IMG/VR virus record: IMGVR_UViG_3300037439_000286
Direction: 5' to 3' (one strand)
Origin: an uncultured virus (IMG/VR IMGVR_UViG_3300037439_000286)
Taxonomy: Duplodnaviria > Heunggongvirae > Uroviricota > Caudoviricetes
Length of the DNA stretch: 64,000 nucleotides
Shown here piece by piece: positions 45,943-55,466 of this stretch (within the stretch, counting starts at the first letter, position 1; every line of letters starts with the position of its first letter). The notes below the pieces were generated by a model. That model did not search any database. It worked only from the letters and a program-made list of their open reading frames with translations, and was not told where the DNA came from. The position numbers and the translations under genes were made by a program.

Positions 45943-47106
45943 ATGACTGTGGCCGACTGGAAACTGAGCTTGGACCCCGATGACCCGAACTCCTACGCCT
46001 CGGGCCTGCCCGAAGGCCGCGGAGTCGTGGTCGACTGGTACTACGAAATCTGGAAGTTCCCGAACCAGGTGTCGAACTTCCACAACTGCTACTCGGTCCT
46101 GTCCATCGCCTTCCAGGGCCGCGACCGCCTGTGGGAGGAACATCAGATGGCGGGGTTCCTCCCAGGGCGGCAGATCGCGTCGGGCATGGCGCCGTCGCTC
46201 GACGGGATCAACCCGGCCGGCGGGACCTGGGACGACGTGGTCATGCTGCGGGAAGGCGAGAAGACCATCACGGGAGAGAACGAGTTCCGCGGGCCGCTGC
46301 TCGCGGTGACGGACGAGAAGGTCCGGTTCTCCCAGGACGACCTCTGGCAGAACATGAAGCGGCTGAAGGAGGCGTCCCTGGCCAACACCGAAGCCAACAA
46401 GCTGGACGGCGGGACCCGGTACGTGCTCAGCCCGGACTTCTTCGGCATCGACGTGTCGGCGCGCATCGGCCTCGACGCGGACTGGGAGCGGGTCGACGCG
46501 GACAAGTCGAGCGACGGGAAGGGCAAGGGCGGGAAGGCCAAGGGCGGGAACGTGCTGCTCGCGGACGGCGCGGCGGCCGGCCTGCCCAAGGACGGGAAGA
46601 AGAGGCAGGTGCTGTGTGGAACCGCGATCCATGGGCGGCTGGATGCGGCGGCCGTCGAAGCGCTGAAGGCGCAGTTCGCCGCGAAGGGCGAGGCAGGTTC
46701 GGCTGGCAGCACGAGCGGCTCGCCTGCTTCCTCTTCGCCCGCGCCCGCCGCGACGAGCACTGCCCCTCCTGCCGCCGCGGCCGCGACCCAGGCCCAGGCC
46801 ACCGCCGGCGGGAAGAAGAAGGGCAAGGCCGCGACCGATCCTGCCCTGGTCGAGCGGCTGAACAAGTGCATCGCGACCTTCCTGTCGACGCAGAACTTCG
46901 AGGCAGGCGGGCAAACGTACCCGAACTCGGCGCTCAAGGGTCCGGTCCAGGTCCAGCTCGTGATGAAGGACTTGAAGGACAGCCCGCCGGCCGAGAAGAC
47001 CGCGGCGTCCGTGTGGATGCAGGACTTCCAGGAATCCGAGTACTTCACCTTCGACCCGAAGACCCAGATCGTCGGGATGAAGGCGGAGGCGTGGGGGTTG
47101 CTGTAG
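45943..47106 (+). CDS. Hypothetical protein, possibly the ssDNA-binding component of a recombination module
   Basis: Strong RBS AGGAG; A/K/P linker; lies upstream of nuclease and AAA ATPase. Confidence 0.55.
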   Translation: MTVADWKLSLDPDDPNSYASGLPEGRGVVVDWYYEIWKFPNQVSNFHNCYSVLSIAFQGRDRLWEEHQMAGFLPGRQIASGMAPSLDGINPAGGTWDDVVMLREGEKTITGENEFRGPLLAVTDEKVRFSQDDLWQNMKRLKEASLANTEANKLDGGTRYVLSPDFFGIDVSARIGLDADWERVDADKSSDGKGKGGKAKGGNVLLADGAAAGLPKDGKKRQVLCGTAIHGRLDAAAVEALKAQFAAKGEAGSAGSTSGSPASSSPAPAATSTAPPAAAAATQAQATAGGKKKGKAATDPALVERLNKCIATFLSTQNFEAGGQTYPNSALKGPVQVQLVMKDLKDSPPAEKTAASVWMQDFQESEYFTFDPKTQIVGMKAEAWGLL

Positions 47107-47138
47107 GGCAGGCCAGTGCCGGCGAGTAGATAGACCCC

Positions 47139-47283
47139 GGGGGTGCGGCCTGCAGAACACAGGCCGGAGGACCTGAACGCAGTAGGCCGGCCGCACCCCC
47201 TTCCTTGAAGTCTCGGCAGGACGTTCGGTGGAGTCCAGGCGACGGCCGCTACGCCTGGCGGACACCACACCACCCTGCCGAGA
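47139..47283 (+). ncRNA. Candidate structured RNA (two long stems)
   Basis: 12-bp stem 47139-47150/47189-47200; 10-bp stem 47211-47220/47274-47283, each with inner stems. Confidence 0.4.
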
Positions 47284-47327
47284 GTTGAGGGAATGTGGGA
47301 ATCGATCGACCGAGAAGGGAGAAGGAC

Positions 47328-47528
47328 ATGAGCCGCAGAACCATTCGCGAACCCTACGCGTACCTGCCGGCCGTCGAGGTGGCGTCGGCCCTCCAGCAGG
47401 CCGCGCGGGAGATCGAGCTGGGTAGCGAGTACGTTCGGTTTTCCCTGCAGCTCACCTTCGCCACGAAGGAAGAGGTCGAGGAGGCGAGAACGCGGCTGGA
47501 GAGAAAGGGTCGGCCCGATCGTGGCTGA
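47328..47528 (+). CDS. Hypothetical protein
   Basis: RBS GGGAGAAGG. Confidence 0.6.
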   Translation: MSRRTIREPYAYLPAVEVASALQQAAREIELGSEYVRFSLQLTFATKEEVEEARTRLERKGRPDRG

Positions 47529-47754
47529 TTTCTGCCAGCAGTGCTCGCTCGACATGTTCGGCGAGGACATGCGGGACCTGGCGGGCCTCGGCACCAATCC
47601 TCATGCAGTGATTCGGCCTGGGCAGGGGTACTTCGTGATTTGCGAGGGCTGCGGCCCAACAATTGTCGATGAAGATGGGCAGTGCATCGCAAGCGCGTGC
47701 GGGCAGCATGGGCACCTGGTGGTGGTAGAGAAGGAGCGGGTGGAACGTGTTTGA
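47521..47754 (+). CDS. Cys-rich phage-type protein
   Basis: ADFCQQCS...CEGCG...VDEDGQC. Confidence 0.65.
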   Translation: MADFCQQCSLDMFGEDMRDLAGLGTNPHAVIRPGQGYFVICEGCGPTIVDEDGQCIASACGQHGHLVVVEKERVERV

Positions 47755-47911
47755 ACTTGACGATGATGAGTCCTCAGAGCTTGGTGGTCGCAGCGAATGC
47801 CTATCCTGCGGCCTCGTATTCTGGGTCGTCGCAAACAACGACATCGAGATCGTGGAATCCGGCCTGCAGATCGACTTCTGTCCTCGATGCGGGGAGCCCC
47901 TCAATGCCTGA
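47747..47911 (+). CDS. 54-aa Zn-ribbon protein
   Basis: Below ORF-track cutoff; VFELDD...CLSCG...FCPRCGEPL. Confidence 0.55.
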   Translation: MFELDDDESSELGGRSECLSCGLVFWVVANNDIEIVESGLQIDFCPRCGEPLNA

Positions 47912-48569
47912 GTACACACTCCTCTCGACCGAGATGCGCCTTCTGTGTCCCGCGGTCCGCACGCCCGGCATCCATCTCTCGGACGTCATTCACGACCTGG
48001 CAGTCCGGCAGCGTATGTATCTCGCGGAGGACGAGGACGGCCCGGGGCAGACCGAAGCAATGGAGCTGGGGCTGTCGGTCGAGCGGGCGCGGATCGAGCG
48101 GCTCGCGGAAGACGATCCTGGAGAATGGTTGAGGATGGGGTCGTTCGCGATCGACGGGATCGAGATCTCGCCGGACCTGGTGAGAGCCGCGACGCGCCGG
48201 CCGCGCGAGGTCAAGGGCACGTGGATGTCGGTCGCCCGCGGTCCTGGGGATGTGAAGCTGTGGAGGTTCGAGGTTCAGCTTGGCGGGTACTGCTACGGGC
48301 TCGGCAAACTGTATGGAGAGAAAGTACTGGCCGGCGAACTCGATGTGACGTATTTCCGCGGCGCCTACACCGAGGAAAAGCTCGCGGCTCGGCGGCTGTG
48401 GGAGTTGATATGGACGCCGCCCGAGCTGCTGCACAACTGGGTGATGATCCAGACGCAGGCCGAGTGGATGGAGAGGAATGGGTGGAAGCCTGGGGCGCGG
48501 TTGGTTGAGGAGGGGCCAGGACAGTGGGTATATGTTCATCGGAATCGAGAGGAGGAGAAAGCGATATGA
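47904..48569 (+). CDS. PD-(D/E)XK exonuclease-like protein
   Basis: GIHLSD, ELG...E, SPD...EVK, QLGGY. Confidence 0.75.
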   Translation: MPEYTLLSTEMRLLCPAVRTPGIHLSDVIHDLAVRQRMYLAEDEDGPGQTEAMELGLSVERARIERLAEDDPGEWLRMGSFAIDGIEISPDLVRAATRRPREVKGTWMSVARGPGDVKLWRFEVQLGGYCYGLGKLYGEKVLAGELDVTYFRGAYTEEKLAARRLWELIWTPPELLHNWVMIQTQAEWMERNGWKPGARLVEEGPGQWVYVHRNREEEKAI

Positions 48570-48784
48570 ATACACGATACCTCGATGTGAGCGAGGCAGA
48601 TCTCGCCGAGAGAGTGAGCCGCGGGCTCGAACCGACGGACGGCCTGCGGGTTCTCACGAAGTCCGAGTATTTCGCGCGGCCTCGCGGAATGTGCGTGCAT
48701 CCTCAAGGCTGGCCATGTTTCAAGGCTTGCATCAAGGACGATGGTGGCCCGCAAGTCGAGCCGGCGGAGGGTGCATGCCTCTAG
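48566..48784 (+). CDS. Hypothetical protein
   Basis: RBS GAGGAGG. Confidence 0.5.
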   Translation: MNTRYLDVSEADLAERVSRGLEPTDGLRVLTKSEYFARPRGMCVHPQGWPCFKACIKDDGGPQVEPAEGACL

Positions 48785-49689
48785 CCGACGCCAAGCCGGT
48801 CGCGCCGGCCGGCCCTACTGCCCCTGGGGCCTTGAGCGCGCCGAGCGTGCCGGGAGTCCCGAACCCGCGGCTCTACAGCTCGGGCGGCCTGGTTCTGGCC
48901 CGCCGCTCCGGGATCATCGAGATCCTCGGCCCGACCGCGACCGGCAAAAGCCGGCTCGCCCTTTCCTCTCCCGGCCCGATCTCTTACCTGCATTCGGCCG
49001 AGACCGCCCGCGGCATCATCGAGCAGGCGCGCGCCCGCGGCACTCAAGTATACGAACATGACTTCGGGGGTGGGGCCGCGTTTCGCGCCGTCCTCGAAGG
49101 CAAGGGCGCGGCCAACATCAGCGACGCGGCGACCCAGGCGTTCCGCGGGTTCCGGGACGCCTTCATCGACGGGCTCGGCTGGGCGCGGACGATGGTCGTG
49201 GATACTCATCCCGACCTCTACCTGATCAACCGGTACGCGCAGTTCGGCGCTCCGAAGAACGCGCCGTCCAAGACCAGCCAACTGGAGTACGGGGACCTGA
49301 ATGCCATCTGGCGTGGGTTGCTCGCCATCGCGCATGAGCAGACCGAGCGCCGCGACTTCCTCTTCATCCTTCTCTGTCAGACCGAGGACGAGTGGGAGAA
49401 CTACATTGATGAGAAGGACATGAAGCAGAAGCGGCGGATCACTGGCCGGCAGACCCGGGTCACGCATCAGGCGAGCGTGCCCCAGAAGGCCAATGTCCAT
49501 ATTTGGACCGAGCGCGCGGCGTTCGAGCCCAAGTTCGGGTTCCGGATCGGGAAGGCATGGTTCAACAGTCACTGGTTGGGTTGGGGAGAAGCGGACAACC
49601 CGATGACCGCGGACGGCCGGCTCACCTGGGGGATTCCCGAGATCATGGGCTGGATTACGGAGACACCGCCTGAGGAGTGGAGTCGGTGA
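48775..49689 (+). CDS. AAA_24/Sak4-like P-loop ATPase
   Basis: GPTATGKS, TMVVDT, YGDLN; next to exonuclease. Confidence 0.7.
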   Translation: MPLADAKPVAPAGPTAPGALSAPSVPGVPNPRLYSSGGLVLARRSGIIEILGPTATGKSRLALSSPGPISYLHSAETARGIIEQARARGTQVYEHDFGGGAAFRAVLEGKGAANISDAATQAFRGFRDAFIDGLGWARTMVVDTHPDLYLINRYAQFGAPKNAPSKTSQLEYGDLNAIWRGLLAIAHEQTERRDFLFILLCQTEDEWENYIDEKDMKQKRRITGRQTRVTHQASVPQKANVHIWTERAAFEPKFGFRIGKAWFNSHWLGWGEADNPMTADGRLTWGIPEIMGWITETPPEEWSR

Positions 49690-49949
49690 GCGATCGACCC
49701 AACAATCTGTGGCTGAGAATGGGCGCCTTGGCCGCTCCGATCGCCGATCAGCTTCGGGCCGCCGGGTACGAGTTCGACGCGCGGCGAATCGTGCTCGCGC
49801 AGGAGGACGCGAACGCCGTGACCATGTTGTTCGTCCGCGGGGTGCTGTCGAAGGCGGATGCGTCCCACGGATGGGATCGGATCGCGCGCCGAGTGGCGAA
49901 GCATGTCACACCGAGAACATCGATCGTGTCGAACGAACCGAGGTCGTGA
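49686..49949 (+). CDS. Hypothetical protein
   Basis: QEDANAVTMLFVRGVLS; RBS GAGGAG. Confidence 0.6.
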   Translation: MSDRPNNLWLRMGALAAPIADQLRAAGYEFDARRIVLAQEDANAVTMLFVRGVLSKADASHGWDRIARRVAKHVTPRTSIVSNEPRS

Positions 49950-50329
49950 TGCCGATGAAGAAAAGCGAAGCGCGAGCCATCCTGGAGAACATCGCTGCCG
50001 CCGGCGCCGCCCGCGATCTATCCAACCAGGCTCTCGACGCGGCCCTGGACTCTCTATTTGCCACCGCGCTCCAGCGGATCGAGCCAGCAGGCGGCTGGGA
50101 ACCTGAGACGCCGCGAGTGATGTGGGCCGCCGGGTTCGACGACTGGCAAGGGAACATCGGGATGTGGGCCGGCCCGTGCCCGCGTCTCGACGACATCCTG
50201 CGCGAGATCCCGATGTTCGCGAGCGAGTGGGAAAGCCGAGTCCCGGTCATCGTTCGGTTCGAGGGCGATGAGAGCCGGATTACGCACTTGTGGATCGATG
50301 GAACCGGTTGGACGGAGGTAGGGTCATGA
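49949..50329 (+). CDS. Hypothetical protein
   Basis: TGATG coupling. Confidence 0.55.
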   Translation: MPMKKSEARAILENIAAAGAARDLSNQALDAALDSLFATALQRIEPAGGWEPETPRVMWAAGFDDWQGNIGMWAGPCPRLDDILREIPMFASEWESRVPVIVRFEGDESRITHLWIDGTGWTEVGS

Positions 50330-50802
50330 GTCGTGTCGAGCCTGCGAACCGCAAGCGGCTGGTCCTGGGTTTCGATGGCGTTTGCTCGAACTACGCGTCC
50401 GGCTGGTGCGGTGCCCGCAACATCCCAGACCCGCCGGTTGACGGCGCGATGGCGTTCCTCGTGGAGGCCGTCCAGCACTTTGAGGTTTACATCTTCTCGT
50501 CCCGGTCTCACCAGTGGGGCGGTCGGCGGGCCATGCGCAACTGGATCAGGAAGCAACTGGTCGACTGGCAGTGGGCTGAGTCGGTCGCTGATCGTCCCCT
50601 TCCCGGCGAATTCTGGACGCCCGTCGACATCGAGGAATCTATCTGCCTGTGGGCCGATAGAGTAGTCCGACAGCTACACTTTCCGCTGTTCAAACCAGCC
50701 GCACACCTGACGATCGACGACCGCGCGATCACGTTCGAGGGCAGGTGGCCGCCGATGGCCGACATCGAGGCGTTTGTGCCGTGGAATCGGAGGCGCGAAT
50801 GA
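50326..50802 (+). CDS. HAD-superfamily phosphatase-like protein, motif-I Asp substituted
   Basis: GFDGV (normally DFDGV), PPVDGA, IFSSR, KPAAHLTIDDRA. Confidence 0.8.
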   Translation: MSRVEPANRKRLVLGFDGVCSNYASGWCGARNIPDPPVDGAMAFLVEAVQHFEVYIFSSRSHQWGGRRAMRNWIRKQLVDWQWAESVADRPLPGEFWTPVDIEESICLWADRVVRQLHFPLFKPAAHLTIDDRAITFEGRWPPMADIEAFVPWNRRRE

Positions 50803-50861
50803 TCCCGCGGTCTCTGGACGTGCGACTGCGGGACCGTTCATATTGAAGGGAGTCCGGAACC

Positions 50862-51092
50862 ATGAGACAGGAAGAGATGAACGACTCGGGCGATGAGTGG
50901 ACACAGGAAGGCCCGCTTGACGACGGCGACTGGACCGTCGCATGTTCTGAGCAGTCGGTTGGGGTCCAGATCTGGGATGGGATGGAGGTCGCGAGCATGC
51001 GCGTGTCGCTAGCCCACGCTCAGCAGCTCCGCGACTTCGCGCGCGCGCTCGATCGGGCGGCAGCCTGGTTGGATAGACAGGTGGAACCATGA
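50862..51092 (+). CDS. Hypothetical protein
   Basis: Packed ORF. Confidence 0.55.
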   Translation: MRQEEMNDSGDEWTQEGPLDDGDWTVACSEQSVGVQIWDGMEVASMRVSLAHAQQLRDFARALDRAAAWLDRQVEP

Positions 51093-51340
51093 ACTTCTCG
51101 ATCGCAACCGCTTCCGGCACTCGCATCTGCGCGGCCTGCGGATTCACGATCCCGCGCAGCGGCCGATCGATCGTGGCTGGCCCGCCGGCCGAGGACCTTG
51201 CGTTCTGCGAACCCTGCGCTCGGGCCGTGGTACGCGGGCTGATTGGGTGTCTGGCCCGGCCGGCACGCGAGCTGGTTGCCGCGAGCCCCGCACCTCCATA
51301 CGACAAGATATGGTCCGATCCTCAGTTTGACGAGGAATGA
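51089..51340 (+). CDS. Zn-finger protein (ClpX zinc-binding-like)
   Basis: CAACG...IVAGP...FCEPC. Confidence 0.55.
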   Translation: MNFSIATASGTRICAACGFTIPRSGRSIVAGPPAEDLAFCEPCARAVVRGLIGCLARPARELVAASPAPPYDKIWSDPQFDEE

Positions 51341-51346
51341 GGGGAG

Positions 51347-51625
51347 ATGCCGATGATCATTCCAGATCCAGTCGCCTATCCAGAAGAGCAGGTCCTCGTC
51401 CTCAACTATCGCAAGAGGCCCGCGACATGGGAGATCGGCGAGCTACGCGCGTTCAGTTTTGCCCCGGCGTATCTTGCGTCAAGACAGGACGGCTCTAAAT
51501 TCGAGGTGAAGTGCTCGTGGAGGTATGAGATCCACGTCCGCCGGCCGGCTGAGAACCTGGGCCGCGGAAGGAGTATCCATTATACGCTCACCGTCGGGTC
51601 CGATGGGATTCGGCCGGCACGATGA
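51347..51625 (+). CDS. Hypothetical protein
   Basis: RBS GAGGGGAG. Confidence 0.55.
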   Translation: MPMIIPDPVAYPEEQVLVLNYRKRPATWEIGELRAFSFAPAYLASRQDGSKFEVKCSWRYEIHVRRPAENLGRGRSIHYTLTVGSDGIRPAR

Positions 51626-52530
51626 CCATCCCCATCCTGCTCGACGGCCAGTCCGGGTCCCTGGAACTCGCACTCCACGAGCCGCTGCGTTCTCTCCTCC
51701 TCGCCTGCCCATCCTGCGGCCCGGAGGCCTGCCGCCCTTTGAACCTCTCATCCTACCGAGCCGCCTGCTCGATCTGCCGAGACACCGGCCGGCAACTCGT
51801 CGAACTCCCCTCGGGCGACGTGTGGTTCGACGGCTGGCATGTGGACGGCGAGCCGCAGCGCATCGGGATCGAGTTCTGCAAGCTGCCGGATCTGTTCGCG
51901 AAGATGGACAGCGGGCGCCTGCACGGCCAGGTATCCGGCCAGCTCGTGCGAATGCGGGACGATTACGATCGGGTGTATCTGCTGGTGTGCGGCGCGTACC
52001 GGCCGTCGCGTGATGGCGCGCTGCAGGTGGGATACAAGCCGTCGAGCCACGTATATCGAGCGGATCGGGAGACGGTCTTCTATCGCGATTATGGATACGG
52101 GGCCGAGCCGAAACCGTACGCATGGTTGGAGGCGTTTCTGTCCGGGCCATCGTTCGCGGCACTCGGCGCCGAGCGGGTTCGGGTCTCCACGATTGAGGAA
52201 GCGGCGGCCTGGATCGCGGTTCTCCACGCACAATGGACGAAGGACCCGGGGGACCATTCGAGTCTACGGAAGATCGAGAAGTACGAGCCGATCCGCCCGC
52301 CAGGGATGGGCGATGGGATGTATACGCGGCTCAAGTGGGCGTGTCAATTCCCGAAGTTCGGGTTCGAGTATGGGATGGCGTGCGCTGGGCACTATGCGTC
52401 GGTGCGCGACATGGTCAATACATCGGTTGATGAGTTGGCGGCGATCGAGGTCGCGACCAAGGGTGGACAGGGGCGGCGGATGCGGATCGGGATGTCGCGA
52501 GCGGTTGCGGCGGTCAAGGCAGTGAGTTAG
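51622..52530 (+). CDS. ERCC4/XPF-like nuclease with Zn insert and C-terminal HhH
   Basis: ELPSGD...IGIEFCK..DL...SGRLHGQ. Confidence 0.7.
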   Translation: MTIPILLDGQSGSLELALHEPLRSLLLACPSCGPEACRPLNLSSYRAACSICRDTGRQLVELPSGDVWFDGWHVDGEPQRIGIEFCKLPDLFAKMDSGRLHGQVSGQLVRMRDDYDRVYLLVCGAYRPSRDGALQVGYKPSSHVYRADRETVFYRDYGYGAEPKPYAWLEAFLSGPSFAALGAERVRVSTIEEAAAWIAVLHAQWTKDPGDHSSLRKIEKYEPIRPPGMGDGMYTRLKWACQFPKFGFEYGMACAGHYASVRDMVNTSVDELAAIEVATKGGQGRRMRIGMSRAVAAVKAVS

Positions 52531-52560
52531 GTACTCATCAGGAGAGAGGAGAATAATCCA

Positions 52561-53046
52561 ATGCCCGTAGAACTGCGTCAAGTGGACAAGAGCGCCGCCT
52601 CCTACACCGAGCACCGCATGGAGGTCGCTCGGGAGATCGCCGAGAAGAGCAACTGCGACGTGATTGAGTCGGACGACCGCAGCATCCAACTCGACCTGGA
52701 CAACAAGGCCGCGGTCGATCAGGTGCTGGAGTGCTGGTCACTATTCCTCGAAACGCTGGCCGCGCTCAACACGCCCATCGAGTCGGTGTCCGCGTGGACC
52801 AGTCGCGGCGGCGCGGGATTGAATGTCAATATCCGGCTTGCAACCGACCTCCCTGCCGGGACACGTATCGCCTTGCAGGCCGCCCTTGGCTCGGACCCGA
52901 AGCGTGAGCTGCTGTCGATCATGCGGCTCGGCCATGGGATGGAGAACCCGAGCCTGTTGTTCAGGCCGCGGGCCGCTCAGGTGGTGACGATCGCCGCTGC
53001 GGACATTCCCGATATGCGCGCCTTGCTTCGTCCGCAGGAGGGTTGA
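52561..53046 (+). CDS. Hypothetical protein, minimal AEP-like motifs
   Basis: LDLD, SRGGAGLN, RIALQAALGSDPKRE; RBS GGAG. Confidence 0.55.
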   Translation: MPVELRQVDKSAASYTEHRMEVAREIAEKSNCDVIESDDRSIQLDLDNKAAVDQVLECWSLFLETLAALNTPIESVSAWTSRGGAGLNVNIRLATDLPAGTRIALQAALGSDPKRELLSIMRLGHGMENPSLLFRPRAAQVVTIAAADIPDMRALLRPQEG

Positions 53047-53050
53047 GGTT

Positions 53051-53284
53051 GTGGGAGTAGCTTCTCTCTACCGCTTCTACAATATGGAAGTCGGCCGTCA
53101 CGGGATTCCGTTCCCTCTTTGTGCCGAGCACCGGTCGACTCAACTCGTCCCGGAGTCCTGCATCCTTGAGAAGATCGCCGAGCGCTCGGCGTTCGAGTGC
53201 CTGGAGTGTTTGGATCGACGGCCCGGCGGGAACCAGGCGCGGGCATCCCGCCTGCGACAGGCCAGGAGAGAAGAACGCCAGTGA
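53051..53284 (+). CDS. Small Cys-containing protein
   Basis: LCAEH...CLEC. Confidence 0.45.
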   Translation: MGVASLYRFYNMEVGRHGIPFPLCAEHRSTQLVPESCILEKIAERSAFECLECLDRRPGGNQARASRLRQARREERQ

Positions 53285-54441
53285 GCACTCCTCATCCGCG
53301 AACCCTGCGCCGCAACATCTGGGCCGGCCTGCTCGTCGCGACCGACCAGGAGATCCGCGATGGGATGGATTTCTACCCCGGGGCGCATGGGCTGTGCCGG
53401 CTGTTCGCCCGCATGTTCGAGACGACGCCGGGGCACGTGGCAGGCATCTACGCGGCCCTCTCGCCAATGAATGGTTGGTACACGAACGTCGCGAACGTGC
53501 TCAGTGTTCTCAGGCACAACCAGTGGTTGCAGGAGCTAAGCGTCGATAACTGGCCAACCGTTGCGATCTCCAGGCATGAGGACTTCAAGCCCGATGTAAA
53601 CACAAGCAACGCTAATCGCGACAAGGCGCTCGCGATTGCTGCCGGTTCCTGTCCATCGGCCATACTCCGCGGGCGCAAAGTCACGGCCTTCTGGCGCGCC
53701 ATCGCCGATCCCGACGACCGCGCCCCGATCCTGGTCGACCGGCATCTCATCAATCTCGCGCTCGGCTCGAAGGTCACAGGGAATATCGAGCTGCGGTCCC
53801 TGGCCGGCAGTCATGCCCTGTACTCCGCGATCGAGAGCGCGTATGCCGACCTCGGGCGCCGCGAAAACCTGGGCAACCGGCTCGCGTCGATCGCCTGGTT
53901 CGTGCAGCGGCGGATCTCGGCGGCCCAGGTTCCGATGTTCCATGATTCAGCGCCAGTCTGCTGTGGTCTGCCGATGTGGAGCCACGGGCACAAGCCGCGT
54001 CGGTTCTACTGCGGCCGGTGCCGCCGCTCGACGACCCGCAGGCCCGACGCGCGCCCGCCGCTCTTCTACCTCGATGGGCGCCCGGTACGTGCGGATTACC
54101 GAGGCCGCAAGCGCATCCACTTGGGCGTCGGGCACGAGTACGCGAACTCCGGCGGCTGGCAGTACCTGGGCCGGTACCTGATCGCCCGGGACCTCGGGCG
54201 TCGCCTGCGAACCGATGAGCACTGCCACCATCAGAACCTGGATCGGCGGGACGACCGCCGCGAGAACTGGGAGCTGCTGGCTGCCGAGTACCATGGGCGG
54301 ACACATGGGCTGGCGTCGGTGGTCGCGCGGCCGCGGGGCGCGGACGGCAGATTCGTGGAAGTGGACCGGTCAGACGGGCACTACTTTCCATGGTGGCGGT
54401 CCGGGCCGATCCTGGGTCCGGCGGCACGAGAGGAGACATAG
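53281..54441 (+). CDS. HhH/glycosylase-like phage domain (DUF7178-like) fused to Zn-ribbon and HNH
   Basis: FY..A, AGIYAALSP..GW..N, GRKVTAF, VDRH; LGRRLRTDEHCHHQN...DDRRENWEL...H...H. Confidence 0.7.
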   Translation: MSTPHPRTLRRNIWAGLLVATDQEIRDGMDFYPGAHGLCRLFARMFETTPGHVAGIYAALSPMNGWYTNVANVLSVLRHNQWLQELSVDNWPTVAISRHEDFKPDVNTSNANRDKALAIAAGSCPSAILRGRKVTAFWRAIADPDDRAPILVDRHLINLALGSKVTGNIELRSLAGSHALYSAIESAYADLGRRENLGNRLASIAWFVQRRISAAQVPMFHDSAPVCCGLPMWSHGHKPRRFYCGRCRRSTTRRPDARPPLFYLDGRPVRADYRGRKRIHLGVGHEYANSGGWQYLGRYLIARDLGRRLRTDEHCHHQNLDRRDDRRENWELLAAEYHGRTHGLASVVARPRGADGRFVEVDRSDGHYFPWWRSGPILGPAAREET

Positions 54442-54443
54442 AG

Positions 54444-55466
54444 ATGATTCCAGTGTCGCCTGGGGACGACTTCGACAGCCTGGTTGGGCGGCAGGCCACT
54501 TTAGGCAGAAACGGCGGTGTCCAATGCCGGCCACCCGGTCCGGTGGCTCCTGGTGCCATGATGCCCGCAGGTAGCGAGGCTGAAGCTTCCTCCTGGGGCC
54601 AATCAGACAACCTGTTTTATGGAGTCGCGCGTGCCCATCGGGCCATCCCGGCAGGCGTCTACCGGCCGGGCTCGCACCCGTCATTCGGGATCTGCCTGGC
54701 GCAGGTCCGGCTCGAAACCGACACACTCGTCCGCCTGCCCGACACGGCGGCCGACGAGGTCGTGCGCGAGATCCGTGAGTTTCGTGGCCTGAAGCCCATG
54801 TTTGACCGGTTCGGATTTCTACACAAGCGTGGAGTCATGCTGTGGGGACCTCCAGGCGGCGGGAAGACCGTGTGTGTCGAGCAGACGATGGAGATCATCG
54901 TGGGGGAGGAAGGCGGGATCGGGGTGCTGGCCGACGAACCGACCATGACGGCCGCGGGCCTGCAGCTCATCCGCCGCATCGAACCCGAGCGCCCGATCGT
55001 CTGCGTCTTCGAGGACATCGACGCGCTGACCAACCGACACGGGGAAGCCGAGTACCTGGCGCTGCTCGACGGTGAGGCCCAGGTCGACGGGATCACGTTT
55101 GTCGCCACCACCAACTTTCCCGAGAAGCTGTCGGATCGGTTCCGGGACCGTCCGAGCCGGTTCGATACGGTTCGGTATATCGGGATGCCGACGGCCGCGG
55201 CGCGCGGGGCGTATCTGCGCGCGAAGCTCCTGCCGGTCGATCAAGACGCCGACATAGAGGAACTGGTGCGAGTGTCGGACGGGTTCTCGATTGCACACTT
55301 GCGCGAGCTGATCGTGCTGACTCGGTGTTTTGGGAAGCCGCTCGATGAGGCGGTCGCGCGCCTGCGAAAGATGTCGAGAGTGAAGCCATCGAGCGAGAGG
55401 AGCCCGGATCGGGAGGATGTGGGGTTCGGTGGTCGGGTGGCCTATGCGAGCCTGGGGCCTGCATGA
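54444..55466 (+). CDS. AAA+ ATPase (BCS1-like)
   Basis: HKRGVMLWGPPGGGKT, VFEDID, ATTN, RPSRFD. Confidence 0.88.
   Translation: MIPVSPGDDFDSLVGRQATLGRNGGVQCRPPGPVAPGAMMPAGSEAEASSWGQSDNLFYGVARAHRAIPAGVYRPGSHPSFGICLAQVRLETDTLVRLPDTAADEVVREIREFRGLKPMFDRFGFLHKRGVMLWGPPGGGKTVCVEQTMEIIVGEEGGIGVLADEPTMTAAGLQLIRRIEPERPIVCVFEDIDALTNRHGEAEYLALLDGEAQVDGITFVATTNFPEKLSDRFRDRPSRFDTVRYIGMPTAAARGAYLRAKLLPVDQDADIEELVRVSDGFSIAHLRELIVLTRCFGKPLDEAVARLRKMSRVKPSSERSPDREDVGFGGRVAYASLGPA

Noticed and set aside
47139..47200. SRP (4.5S) RNA
   Set aside because: CAGGCCGGAGG resembles helix 8 but lacks the GGAA tetraloop and AGCAG strand; kept only as a generic structured candidate
47904..48569. CRISPR-associated Cas4
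   Set aside because: PD-(D/E)XK fold without the Cys cluster, in a recombination context with no array
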